In this document: positions 26,237 through 35,829 of the stretch, in pieces
Layout: each line of letters starts with the position of its first letter
Position numbering within the stretch: the stretch's first letter is position 1
IMG/VR virus record: IMGVR_UViG_3300045988_182866
DNA length: 64,000 nt
Reading direction: 5' to 3' (one strand)
From: a virus
Position numbers and translations under genes: made by a program
Notes under the pieces: generated by a model
Told to the model about the DNA's origin: nothing
Seen by the model: only the letters and a program-made list of their open reading frames with translations
Database searches by the model: none

Positions 26237-27194
26237 TTAAGTTATATCGATCTACCGATGTAGAATTTTTTGCAAATTCTTCCTTTACCAGATCAATATA
26301 CATAGTAAAACTGCCGTCATCGCCCATATAATGGGCTTTCCAATCTTCTGGAGAAACATACTTTTTAATATTAAGTTGTTCAAGTGCAAGATTATCAAAT
26401 GATAGAACCTTAAAAGACTCTAAATATTCTGGTATTTTTGCTTCAAGTTCGGCAATCTTTTTACGAATAGTCGCACCATGACAATTAATAAAATCTTTTC
26501 CCCGTCGAATTGATTTATATCCAAGAATAAGAACCTTTAATTCTTTTGAGACCAAAGGTTCAAGATTATGAATACCGGCAATAGTATGAATTACTGCATT
26601 TTCAGGAATATAAAGAGATTTAATTACTTTCTTGAGGTAATCAACAGAACCATTATAAGAAATACCTACGCCATAAACAAGCTTTTCCTTTTGCCATTGG
26701 CGAACTTTATTAAGGTTTTCTTCAATTTCAATATGATGCTGGTTAACTGTAATATTTGAAATTACTCCAAGATCTTTTAAACGAATAAGAAATTCTTCAA
26801 AATCAGGATGTTCAAAAATATTGCCTCCACCGATAGCAATTTCCTGTCCTGGATGAAGCATAGACAAAATTGGATGATTGATATTTCCATGAAGTCCGTC
26901 GACTACTGAATTTTCATGACAGAAAGCGCAACCCATATCGCATTTGTTAGTGATTTTGCAATCAATATTCTCTGGGAATTGCGCAATAAATTCATCATCT
27001 TCAGTAGTTCTGACCTTAGTACCATCTGAATAAATTTTTACATCATAATTTCCGTTCTGATACAAGTGAAGAAGGGGAGGTTCTGGAATTTTATAAATCT
27101 TCATTATATTCTTTGAGTAAATGAAATCATTGAAATTAACCGAGCTTAAGCAATAGGTTTTTTGAGACGAATTCTTAAACATGATTAGCATCAT
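26190..27194 (-). CDS. radical SAM enzyme
   Basis: CDMGCAFC (CX3CX2C) cluster-binding motif near N-terminus of 334-aa ORF. Confidence 0.75.
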   Translation of the reverse strand: MMLIMFKNSSQKTYCLSSVNFNDFIYSKNIMKIYKIPEPPLLHLYQNGNYDVKIYSDGTKVRTTEDDEFIAQFPENIDCKITNKCDMGCAFCHENSVVDGLHGNINHPILSMLHPGQEIAIGGGNIFEHPDFEEFLIRLKDLGVISNITVNQHHIEIEENLNKVRQWQKEKLVYGVGISYNGSVDYLKKVIKSLYIPENAVIHTIAGIHNLEPLVSKELKVLILGYKSIRRGKDFINCHGATIRKKIAELEAKIPEYLESFKVLSFDNLALEQLNIKKYVSPEDWKAHYMGDDGSFTMYIDLVKEEFAKNSTSVDRYNLNDYKSIEEIFNKIKN

Positions 27195-27355
27195 CGATAT
27201 TGGTATTATCTTAATAATACCTTTACTCTCAACTCCTGAAGGTGTTTAGACATATAATTTAAATTAATTTTTATAAATTATTTTTATAAACTTAGAGGAT
27301 AATAAGGATAAAAATTAAAGAGTTCATAAAAATAATTTTAGAAGATTTATAATAA

Positions 27356-27395
27356 AAAATCCCGAATCTCTTAACGAAATCCGGGATTCATATAA
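27356..27395 (-). terminator. rho-independent terminator
   Basis: stem aatcccg/cgggatt followed on minus strand by TTTTTATTAT, 3' of ORF 27414..28409. Confidence 0.5.
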
Positions 27396-27413
27396 TCACT
27401 GAAACAGAAAATC

Positions 27414-28409
27414 TTAAGAAATAGGAACTCCTAATTGAACCCAGGTATCGTTAACCCCGATAAAAACTTTACCGTCAGTTTGGAATATCAGGCCGCCATT
27501 AACGACTGTAACAGCAGATGCGTTTGCAACTTGCTGGCTAGTATTACATATCTGAACTTTATCAGATGTAGAAGTTATAGACTGATCTGTCTTAAGGGCA
27601 TATTTATTATCTGACCCAGTTTTTGTATAAGCAGTAGTCAGCAAAGCAAATTTACCATCACATTCAGCTTTTGTGTAGGTTGTAGCTTGCGGTGCAGCTG
27701 CATCTGCAGTGGTTTTAATAGCGGTTACCTCAGTCTTAGTTGCATATTTATTATCCGACTCGGTCTTAGTATAAACATCTGCTGAATTAGCTTTAGAACT
27801 TAGACTTGTATCAACTTCAGTTTTTGTATAGGTAGTAGATTTGGGAGCATATTTATTATCGCATTCAGTCTTAGTATAAGTTGTGGACTGAGGAGCAGCA
27901 GCGTCTGCAGTCGCCTTTACTGCATTTAAAGATGTAATAGTAGCATAGGTTGTTGGAATATTCTGCTCTGCAATTTTAGCATCAATTTGGCTATTAACCC
28001 ATGCTGTTTGAGTAAACTTATTATCGCATTCAGTCTTAGTATAAGTTGTGGACTGAGGAGCAGCCGCATTGGCGGTTGTTTCAACAGTCGTTAAAGCAGC
28101 CTTGGTGGCATAAGTTCCAGAAAGATTAAGAGCAGTAATCTTTTTATCAATTTCTGTATCAACTCCATCCATAGTAAGAAGAGGCTGACCATTGGAAAGT
28201 AAAGTACCCTTTAAATCAATTGTACCTGGAGTACTAAGATCAACAACTAACGTATTGTTTAAATCTTTAATATCTTTTGTACTAAGGCCATTAGGAAAAA
28301 TATCCTCGGAAGAACCAATCTTATGAAGACGAACTTCATATCCGTCCGGAACAGTCACAATCTTAGTTCTATTTGCCGTTACATCAAAATACCCGTCTGT
28401 ACTATTCAT
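27414..28409 (-). CDS. tail fibre-like structural protein with internal tandem repeats
   Basis: repeated AAAPQSTTYTKTECDNKY units; about 50-nt direct DNA repeats inside gene; T/S/A-rich. Confidence 0.5.
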   Translation of the reverse strand: MNSTDGYFDVTANRTKIVTVPDGYEVRLHKIGSSEDIFPNGLSTKDIKDLNNTLVVDLSTPGTIDLKGTLLSNGQPLLTMDGVDTEIDKKITALNLSGTYATKAALTTVETTANAAAPQSTTYTKTECDNKFTQTAWVNSQIDAKIAEQNIPTTYATITSLNAVKATADAAAPQSTTYTKTECDNKYAPKSTTYTKTEVDTSLSSKANSADVYTKTESDNKYATKTEVTAIKTTADAAAPQATTYTKAECDGKFALLTTAYTKTGSDNKYALKTDQSITSTSDKVQICNTSQQVANASAVTVVNGGLIFQTDGKVFIGVNDTWVQLGVPIS

Positions 28410-28456
28410 AAAGATATTTATTAATACGCCAGACGGAATCCTAAATACAAAACATA

Positions 28457-28822
28457 ATGAAACGAATTAATTTATCGTTATTCAATAATATTTTGAATAT
28501 GTGCAAAGTCTTGCACTGGAGTACTCATTCCTATTCTAAGCACATGGCTTTGGACCAGGCTTATGATGCTTTTAAAGATTCTTTTGATGAATATGTAGAA
28601 TGTGCCCTTGGAATTTATGGAAGGGAATCTGCGATTACTACAACCATTAATAACAAGATTGTTCCTGAAGATATTATGATTTCTTTTGTGGAAGATGAAT
28701 TTGTAAACTTTAATAATGAAGTTGCAAAGATTACCGGAGAATTTACGCAGCTTCAATCAATTTTTGATGATATTAAAGCTGCCGAATCCCAGCTTGTATA
28801 TCGTTTAAGAATGGGCGCTTAA
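28457..28822 (+). CDS. hypothetical protein
   Basis: 121-aa plus-strand ORF followed by terminator. Confidence 0.45.
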   Translation: MKRINLSLFNNILNMCKVLHWSTHSYSKHMALDQAYDAFKDSFDEYVECALGIYGRESAITTTINNKIVPEDIMISFVEDEFVNFNNEVAKITGEFTQLQSIFDDIKAAESQLVYRLRMGA

Positions 28823-28828
28823 AATTAA

Positions 28829-28860
28829 AAAACTCACCAGATTAAGTTCTGGTGAGTTTT
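28829..28860. terminator. bidirectional hairpin terminator
   Basis: aaaaaactcaccagattaagttctggtgagtttttt. Confidence 0.65.
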
Positions 28861-28863
28861 TTA

Positions 28864-29055
28864 TTAAATCTTCATCATGATAATCGATTTGACATATTCA
28901 GAAGCTGCTTTAAGCTTATCTAATGCCATATCAATGTCAAACCGTTCTCCAATAACCATTTTGCTATTAGCTATCTTCGCCCCAATAACTCGAATAAGGC
29001 TTTCTATATCTTTAGCAATATGCTTATATTCTTCCTTAGTAATTTCTTTTCTCAT
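28864..29055 (-). CDS. hypothetical protein
   Basis: 63-aa ORF. Confidence 0.3.
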   Translation of the reverse strand: MRKEITKEEYKHIAKDIESLIRVIGAKIANSKMVIGERFDIDMALDKLKAASEYVKSIIMMKI

Positions 29056-29071
29056 GGTAAAGTCTCTGAAC

Positions 29072-29323
29072 TTAATAAGTTTTTAATTTAACCCAAGTTT
29101 TATTATCTTGAATATCTTGAATTGTTTGTTGCACTTCAGAAAAATCTTTTAGGGTTAAGGCAGCTCTGACATTGGTGCGAGGCATGGTTGCGAATAATCT
29201 ATAGAATGAGCGATTATTAAACCTGTTTTTATAAGCATAAATGATTGCCGAAGTCTCATTTGTACATTCGGCTTTCCAGCAAATTGAGATATTGTAAAAA
29301 ATATGAAGAAAGAAATTATCCAT
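29072..29323 (-). CDS. hypothetical protein
   Basis: 83-aa ORF. Confidence 0.35.
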   Translation of the reverse strand: MDNFFLHIFYNISICWKAECTNETSAIIYAYKNRFNNRSFYRLFATMPRTNVRAALTLKDFSEVQQTIQDIQDNKTWVKLKTY

Positions 29324-29324
29324 T

Positions 29325-30116
29325 TTAACTCAATGCGTCCAAATGAATTTTCTTCATCAGGGACTGAATATTTTTTACCCAGTAACGATTTCCGGCTGCA
29401 TCCCAGCTTGGAGCATACCGTTTTTGAATTTTATTAATATCAATCAAACCCTTTTCATGATATTTCTCTCGAAGCAACTTACCCATATATATAAGGCACT
29501 CGTCCACAGATTCAAATGACCTGTAAGCATTTTTAGAGCCTTTAATACCGCCCAAATTATTCTTGCTTCTTGCTAATTTGCTTTTTCCATATCCAGATTC
29601 AAGAGCGATAAGGGCACAAAAGAAATGAGGCGAAATAGAATTAGCTTCCGCAATCTGAACCATTAATTCTCCTTTGCCTTCAAGAACTCCTCCCTTAAAC
29701 TTCTCATTGACGACATTTACATCAATCTTAGAAATGACTGAAGTGTCCTTGAGATCAGGAGCATCATCTTTAGTAATTTTGGACTCATATCTCTTAATTT
29801 CAGACTTAAGGACAGAAACTTCCGACTCTAAAGTAAGTAAGTCTTTTTGTTTAATTTCCAGCTCTTTTTTAGCTTTTGAGATTTTATTAATTTGTTTATC
29901 TCGTTGAGCAAGGGTAGATTTATTAGAAAGAAGAAGATTTTTAAGATTATTAATTTCTTTCTTATATTGTTCTTCTTTCGTTTTAAGTTCAAGTTTAGTT
30001 TCCAAAACTTGAGCCTGAAGCGAACCTGTTGTTTGATTATGATAAGCAAATCCAGATACGATGGAAAAGCTGAGTATAAAGACAACAGCCGTCTTTTTTA
30101 ATGATTGTGTAGTCAT
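29325..30116 (-). CDS. peptidoglycan hydrolase (FlgJ-type glucosaminidase domain) with N-terminal TM and coiled coil
   Basis: C-terminal ALIALESGYGKSKLARSKNNLGGIKG matches mannosyl-glycoprotein endo-beta-N-acetylglucosaminidase domain; N-terminal hydrophobic segment and long heptad-rich region. Confidence 0.7.
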   Translation of the reverse strand: MTTQSLKKTAVVFILSFSIVSGFAYHNQTTGSLQAQVLETKLELKTKEEQYKKEINNLKNLLLSNKSTLAQRDKQINKISKAKKELEIKQKDLLTLESEVSVLKSEIKRYESKITKDDAPDLKDTSVISKIDVNVVNEKFKGGVLEGKGELMVQIAEANSISPHFFCALIALESGYGKSKLARSKNNLGGIKGSKNAYRSFESVDECLIYMGKLLREKYHEKGLIDINKIQKRYAPSWDAAGNRYWVKNIQSLMKKIHLDALS

Positions 30117-30193
30117 AATACGATTGTCCAGAAGCTATACGATAGCAAACTGGATAATATGAGGATAAATGACCGAATCCTCAAAGGTTTTTA

Positions 30194-30451
30194 CTATTTA
30201 TCTGAATTCAAAATAAGCACAATATTACCATGTGAATCAATCAAATAAATCTTTTTAATATCATTGTTATAGATTTGATTTTTAAACTCAATAAGAGGAA
30301 TTAAACCAAAAACATTTTCCAAAATATTAAAGCATTCGGCATCTGACATTGTACCCAGACATTCCCAACTATAAGTTTCACTACACCGGTGGTGAAGGAA
30401 ATTTCTAATTTGATTGATATGTTTTTTTGAAGTAAAATAACGATAATCCAT
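30194..30451 (-). CDS. hypothetical protein
   Basis: 85-aa ORF. Confidence 0.35.
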   Translation of the reverse strand: MDYRYFTSKKHINQIRNFLHHRCSETYSWECLGTMSDAECFNILENVFGLIPLIEFKNQIYNNDIKKIYLIDSHGNIVLILNSDK

Positions 30452-30473
30452 ATTTATATTATAAAAATAGCCT

Positions 30474-30833
30474 TTATATTTGTAAGTGCTTAGAAATTAA
30501 ATCTTTAATTTGTTGATTGTTCTTTTTCCAATCATTTTCCCAAACTTCAATTAATTTGATACCATTTTCTTTACAAGCTTTTCGTTTATTCTTGTGATAA
30601 CCTGGTTCTTTCTCTTCGTGAAATTGATGCCAATATTCACCATTATATTCAAAAGCTAATTTAAGTTCGGGAAGATAAATGTCCAATTCTTTTCCGCCAA
30701 TAAATTTTCGAGTATTTTCTAAAATCTTGCCAGAATAAAGAGATTTAATATATTGGCAAAGCTCTTTTTCACCCCTGGAATAAGTTTGCGGGAAACATGC
30801 TCTGTCTTTAGCTGAGTATATGAAAGCAAACAA
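30474..30833 (-). CDS. DUF559/Vsr-like PD-(D/E)xK endonuclease domain protein (stand-alone copy)
   Basis: ELDIYLPELKLAFEYNGEYWH; about 80% nt identity to 3' ends of 35830..36735 and 38412..39503. Confidence 0.65.
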   Translation of the reverse strand: MFAFIYSAKDRACFPQTYSRGEKELCQYIKSLYSGKILENTRKFIGGKELDIYLPELKLAFEYNGEYWHQFHEEKEPGYHKNKRKACKENGIKLIEVWENDWKKNNQQIKDLISKHLQI

Positions 30834-30896
30834 AAATAATTTAGAAAAATATTAAAAAATACTAAATTTAAATAAATTAAAGGTTAAATATATGTA

Positions 30897-32069
30897 ATGA
30901 TTCATAAAGCATATAAATTCAGATTACTCCCAACAAAGGAGCAAGAGGAATTTTTATGTAAATCATTTGGTGCATCTCGATGGGTTTATAATTATTTCTT
31001 AAATTATAGAGATTCTAAATTCAAAAATGAAGGAGTAAGAGTTAATTATTTTGAGATGAAGAGAATGTTTCCTGAACTTAAAAAACAGGAAGAAACATCT
31101 TGGCTTAAAGAAATAAACTCTCAATCCCTTCAATGTGCTTTAATGAATCTTGATAGTGCTTATATTAAATTCTTTAAAGGATTATCAAAGTTTCCAAAAT
31201 TTAAGAAAAAGAATGGTAAACAGTCATTTGAAATTCCGCAACATTGGAAATTAAATGATAATACTGTTAAAATTCCTAAATTAAAAACTCCATTAAAATT
31301 TATTAAGCATCGTGAAATAAAAGGAGAAATTTGTTCTATCACTATTTCTAAATCGAAAACAAATAAGTATTTTATTTCTTTTTGTTGTGAATTAGAAAAC
31401 TATCATCAGCAAACTAAAGGTTCTGAAGTTGGTATCGATTTGGGTATAAAAGATTTATTGATATGTTCAGATGGAACGAAATATACAAATCATAAATTTT
31501 ATAAGAAAAATTTAAAGAAGTTAAAAAATCTTCAAAAACATTTAAGTCGAAAGAAGAAAGGTTCAAAGCGAAGAGAAAAAGCTCGTTTAAAAGTCGCAAA
31601 AGCTTATGAGAAGATAACCAATTCTCGTGAAGATTTATATCACAAGGTTTCTAACGATTTAATGAACAAATATTCTTTAATTTGTCTTGAATCTTTAAAT
31701 GTTAAGGGAATGATGAGAAATCATAAATTAGCATGTTCTATTCAAGATGCCGCTTGGTATAGTCTTATTTCAAAAATAGAATATAAAGCTAAATGGAAAG
31801 GTATTAATGTTGTTAAAATAGACCAGTTTTATCCGAGTAGTAAAACTTGTTCGGTATGTAATTGGAAGAAAAATGATTTAACGCTTAAAGACCGTGAATG
31901 GGTTTGCCCCAAATGCGGTACTCACCACGACAGAGACTTAAATGCAGCTAAAAACATTCTTGCTTGGGGTAAACAGTTGATTACTCTATCGGATGGAACG
32001 TCCGATTACGAGCATGGAGATGAAGTAAAACTAAAATCGTCTAAAAAGACGAGAACGTATCATCTATGA
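30897..32069 (+). CDS. tnpB: TnpB (IS200/IS605 OrfB)
   Basis: N-terminal YKFRLLPTKEQEEFL; C-terminal CSVCNWKKN..CPKCGTHHDRDLNAAKNI zinc finger plus RuvC-III. Confidence 0.85.
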   Translation: MIHKAYKFRLLPTKEQEEFLCKSFGASRWVYNYFLNYRDSKFKNEGVRVNYFEMKRMFPELKKQEETSWLKEINSQSLQCALMNLDSAYIKFFKGLSKFPKFKKKNGKQSFEIPQHWKLNDNTVKIPKLKTPLKFIKHREIKGEICSITISKSKTNKYFISFCCELENYHQQTKGSEVGIDLGIKDLLICSDGTKYTNHKFYKKNLKKLKNLQKHLSRKKKGSKRREKARLKVAKAYEKITNSREDLYHKVSNDLMNKYSLICLESLNVKGMMRNHKLACSIQDAAWYSLISKIEYKAKWKGINVVKIDQFYPSSKTCSVCNWKKNDLTLKDREWVCPKCGTHHDRDLNAAKNILAWGKQLITLSDGTSDYEHGDEVKLKSSKKTRTYHL

Positions 32070-32074
32070 AATGC

Positions 32075-32230
32075 TTAAAAGAAGGCGGTTTTACCGCCGA
32101 AGCTACTCAATCTTCAGCTGAGTAGAGGTTCACAACCCTGGTAAACTGATAGAGAATAGTCATACCTATCAGGACCATGCTTTTTTATGGCTTTTTCAAT
32201 AAACTTTTCAGTTGTAAACTTTACCATAAA
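32075..32230 (+). ncRNA. candidate omegaRNA/RE region downstream of tnpB
   Basis: stacked hairpins ggcggttttaccgcc and ctactcaatcttcagctgagtag directly after tnpB stop. Confidence 0.35.
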
Positions 32231-32234
32231 TAAA

Positions 32235-32277
32235 AAATCGCATATATGCCATTATTTGACATATATGCGATTTTTGC
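32235..32277 (+). terminator. rho-independent terminator
   Basis: 14-bp stem aaatcgcatatatg/catatatgcgattt then TTTTG. Confidence 0.6.
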
Positions 32278-32284
32278 TTAAAAA

Positions 32285-33445
32285 TTAAAGAGTTACAATA
32301 AACCGGCTAATTGAGCCTGGAGCTGTAGACACCGAATATCCTAAACGTAGGACCAAAGCCAGCATGGTAGCTCGAGAGATCTTATTCTTTCGACCAACAC
32401 TGCCGCAAAGCTGGGCAATATTAGTTCCTTGAATTATAGTGGGTCCTCCCAGAAAAACTGGAGACAGAGTACCGTCTTCCCTATTAACAAAATGATTCTG
32501 AATATTTCGTTCAATAGCTTCCCGAGTCTTGGAAATGTTGGCAGGGCTGCACATTTCATCAATTATTCCCCGATCAGAAGCTTCAACATTAACCGGAGTA
32601 CGATCCTTGGAACATTCCTTAACGTCAATGCCATCAACTTCTACATCAGGAGAAGTATAAGCTTCCTTAATTTCATTAAGAACTTTATATTTACTTACAC
32701 GGCATTTTTGACATTCACAATCAGTAGGAACTGAAACAACATCTTGAGGATTAACTTCTACCGCAACTACGCGCTTTCCAAAACCCTTAGCATAATCATA
32801 AGATCCAACATGCAATCCGGCACTACACCAGTTATTTCGATTTGCATCAACATCTGCAACTACTACTTCAATGACATCGCCGGGATTATTTCGAATTTGG
32901 TAATGCCCGTTTACTTTACCTTGAAGCACTCTGGTTTCGGCATTACCATGAAGCGAATACATATCTTCTCCAACACCCTTATAGGCAATAAAGGTACCTT
33001 CGGAAGTAATAGGCAATTCCTGATAAGAAAGGAAGTCATAAAGCTCTTCTCTAGAAGTTTCGGAAGGATTAGCCATCAAGTTATCAATAAACTTAAAGTA
33101 ATGGGTAAAATCAGTACAACCAGACTTCCAAAGAGAAATAAGCTTTTTTTGAAGACATTTGGGAAGAATCTGAGTCTTATAAGAAGCAATAGTAGTAATT
33201 ACACCATTTTCATCTCGTTCAACAAATTGGAGATTATCGTAATCTTTAATTGTTTCAGAAACGGAATTAATGATATAAGAAGTGGTATTTTCCTTAAGAA
33301 GCCTGAGAAGAGTTTTTTCATCATTGGCCATTACCGCATCGACAATATCAGTATAGCGAACATCATCGGGAGTAATCTTAACTGCTCGACCATCAACAAA
33401 GAAGGTCCAGCCTGAGGCATTCATAATATATGGAATAGAATTCAT
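32285..33445 (-). CDS. hypothetical protein (GC-richer)
   Basis: 386-aa ORF; CxC..C.KC cysteine cluster. Confidence 0.45.
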   Translation of the reverse strand: MNSIPYIMNASGWTFFVDGRAVKITPDDVRYTDIVDAVMANDEKTLLRLLKENTTSYIINSVSETIKDYDNLQFVERDENGVITTIASYKTQILPKCLQKKLISLWKSGCTDFTHYFKFIDNLMANPSETSREELYDFLSYQELPITSEGTFIAYKGVGEDMYSLHGNAETRVLQGKVNGHYQIRNNPGDVIEVVVADVDANRNNWCSAGLHVGSYDYAKGFGKRVVAVEVNPQDVVSVPTDCECQKCRVSKYKVLNEIKEAYTSPDVEVDGIDVKECSKDRTPVNVEASDRGIIDEMCSPANISKTREAIERNIQNHFVNREDGTLSPVFLGGPTIIQGTNIAQLCGSVGRKNKISRATMLALVLRLGYSVSTAPGSISRFIVTL

Positions 33446-33456
33446 ATTTTGTTTAA

Positions 33457-35805
33457 TTAATATAGTTTATAGTTGAGTTTTTTGAGAATTCGCTTAAAGG
33501 TTAATTTAACTTTATCTTTTGTTTGAAATCCTGCACCATTTAAAACCGCTTGTATTTTTTCTTTTACAGAAGAAGTCATAATATAGGTTGAAATATTATC
33601 CAAACAAACTGATGACATAGTATAAAAGAAATTCAATATTTCTTTATCTGAAAGCTTTTTAATTTCAGCATCAAACTCTCTTTGAATATTATAACATTGA
33701 ATTGAAAGATCAAATATATCCATTATGAATCGGTTAAATCCTCCTCTATAAAGATTAATTTCATATCTTGTAGAGATAACCGGATAATCAGGAGTCGATG
33801 CAGAAATTTTTGGAGCTGTATATCCTGTTACAGATTTAAAATCAATATCATAAATCCTGCAGATATTAATGATTTGATCTGGAAGATAAACGAGTTTATG
33901 CTTTTTACAATATTCAATATAGGTTTCTTTCCATTTAATTTCTATAGCTGAAATGCACCCGAGAGAAACAAATTTATCGTAATGGTTTTTATAAAGCTTT
34001 GCTATTCGTTTAATGCCAAAATCTGTACAAAGATGAGACTGATAAAGCTGCGTCGGACTATTATAATTAACGAAATTTGTACAAAAGGCCAAATAAGAAT
34101 TAAGGTAGTTATCATTATTCATGCGCATTGAAGGATAAAATACTAACGTATTTTTGTATTCTTTCTCATCAATAATTTCACCGGTATAATAATCCCGGAG
34201 AACTACCGCTTCACCATCTGAAGACTTTATTCTTTTAGGCCTGACATATGTTGAATGCTTAACAATATCAGAATAATTAAACCAATCGATATTTTGCCTA
34301 AAGCACGGCTTGTCGTTAAAAGTAAAGGCCGTCCTTAAATTAAGGAAATTTGCTTTTTCTTCTTCATCTTTAACAAAACAAAAAATATGAGTTCTTCGAA
34401 GATCAAAGACTTCTGCTCGATAATCATTCCCCCTAAGGTGAACAAGATAATTATAAAGGGCATTAATTATTTCACCATAAGGAAGCTTGATAGGATCTTT
34501 ATCTTGAACGATAAAGATTATTTCACCGTCAAACTTCTTAATGGTCGGATTTGAATAAAGGCTTTTCGTTTTAAGATTAATATTAGTAATATTGCCTGAA
34601 CCTGCATAATAATTTTTTGCAACTGAGCAAACAGTATTCAAATAGCAATCCGGCCATTTAATAATTGAACTATTTCGATAAAATAAAGTACTTTTTGAGT
34701 TAGCTTTATTGATAATATCTGAACAAAGTAAATCACTGTCAATAAGTTTATCGACATAATCATTAATAGTCTTTTCATAATTTTTATTAATGATTTTAAA
34801 TTTACCCTTAATCCAATCATTTGTGAAATTGTTTATTTCAATCGATTCTCTGGTAGGAGAAATCGGAATTTCACCGCGTTTAAAAAATAAAAGAACGGTA
34901 CAAGCATTTTTAATGATATTATATTCATTAAAGATTTCATTAGGAATATCAATCTTGTAAATGTTATCCCCATCATAAGCATAATAATTACAGCTCTTAA
35001 AAAATGAAGAATAAAAAGTATTAGAAGACCGGTAATTCGGAATCAGCAAAACTGTATCTTTAATATAAAGAACTCGGGATTTGTCAAGAAATTCTTTATC
35101 TCGATACTTTGCAAATCTTGGGGTTTTTTCGTAAGGGACATAATTTTCCCATTTATCCTCCGGTACGTCTTCAATGTCTATTTTTTCCGGATAACTCCTA
35201 AGTTCAATGACAGGTTCATCACTATTGAAGCCAAAAGTAATATACGCATCCTTGATTAAATCAAGGAACTTGTAATAATCATCAGAATTATTAAGAGGAA
35301 TCTTTACCTCAATACCCGTATCATTCAAATCACAGGGTTCAGAATGAATCAAAGAAGCAATAGAATCATTACCATCAATGCTTGAAGAAAATGTATATTT
35401 TGTTCCTTCAAATCGAGAAATTACCAAATAAAGGCCTGTATATGCCGCAGGAGCCTTAGACCCGATTCCAAATCCTCCAATGGATGTATTTTCTTGATTC
35501 TTGGTAGATTCAAAATATTGAAAGAAAACTTGAAAAGTATCTTCTTTGCTAAGACCCCTGGCAAAATCACGAATAGAAAGTTCATTTTTTGTAAGATGAA
35601 TAGAAACAGGCCTTTTAATGCCATATTTTACATGTCCATCCAAAGCATTGCTTAACGTTTCAAAAAGTGTTGCCTTAAATTTGTCTGAATAGATCCTATC
35701 GCGCAAAATAGAAATTGCCATTCCTACGCGCTCGGCCGAGATAGACTGTTTGACCTGTTCGGCTATACCTCCGCAAATACTTTTATTCTCTTCAAAAACC
35801 TTCAT
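33457..35805 (-). CDS. GHKL-superfamily ATPase, HSP90/HtpG-like N-terminal domain
   Basis: N-box FETLSNALDGHVK (compare HSP90 ELISNASDALDK) and G2 box GGFGIGSKAPAAY in first ~130 aa of 782-aa protein. Confidence 0.6.
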   Translation of the reverse strand: MKVFEENKSICGGIAEQVKQSISAERVGMAISILRDRIYSDKFKATLFETLSNALDGHVKYGIKRPVSIHLTKNELSIRDFARGLSKEDTFQVFFQYFESTKNQENTSIGGFGIGSKAPAAYTGLYLVISRFEGTKYTFSSSIDGNDSIASLIHSEPCDLNDTGIEVKIPLNNSDDYYKFLDLIKDAYITFGFNSDEPVIELRSYPEKIDIEDVPEDKWENYVPYEKTPRFAKYRDKEFLDKSRVLYIKDTVLLIPNYRSSNTFYSSFFKSCNYYAYDGDNIYKIDIPNEIFNEYNIIKNACTVLLFFKRGEIPISPTRESIEINNFTNDWIKGKFKIINKNYEKTINDYVDKLIDSDLLCSDIINKANSKSTLFYRNSSIIKWPDCYLNTVCSVAKNYYAGSGNITNINLKTKSLYSNPTIKKFDGEIIFIVQDKDPIKLPYGEIINALYNYLVHLRGNDYRAEVFDLRRTHIFCFVKDEEEKANFLNLRTAFTFNDKPCFRQNIDWFNYSDIVKHSTYVRPKRIKSSDGEAVVLRDYYTGEIIDEKEYKNTLVFYPSMRMNNDNYLNSYLAFCTNFVNYNSPTQLYQSHLCTDFGIKRIAKLYKNHYDKFVSLGCISAIEIKWKETYIEYCKKHKLVYLPDQIINICRIYDIDFKSVTGYTAPKISASTPDYPVISTRYEINLYRGGFNRFIMDIFDLSIQCYNIQREFDAEIKKLSDKEILNFFYTMSSVCLDNISTYIMTSSVKEKIQAVLNGAGFQTKDKVKLTFKRILKKLNYKLY

Positions 35806-35829
35806 GCTTAAATTACAATAACAAAATTA

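Noticed and set aside
32429-33415. Plus-strand ORFs of 101 and 223 aa
   Set aside because: Antisense to the 386-aa minus-strand ORF. Low-complexity translation.
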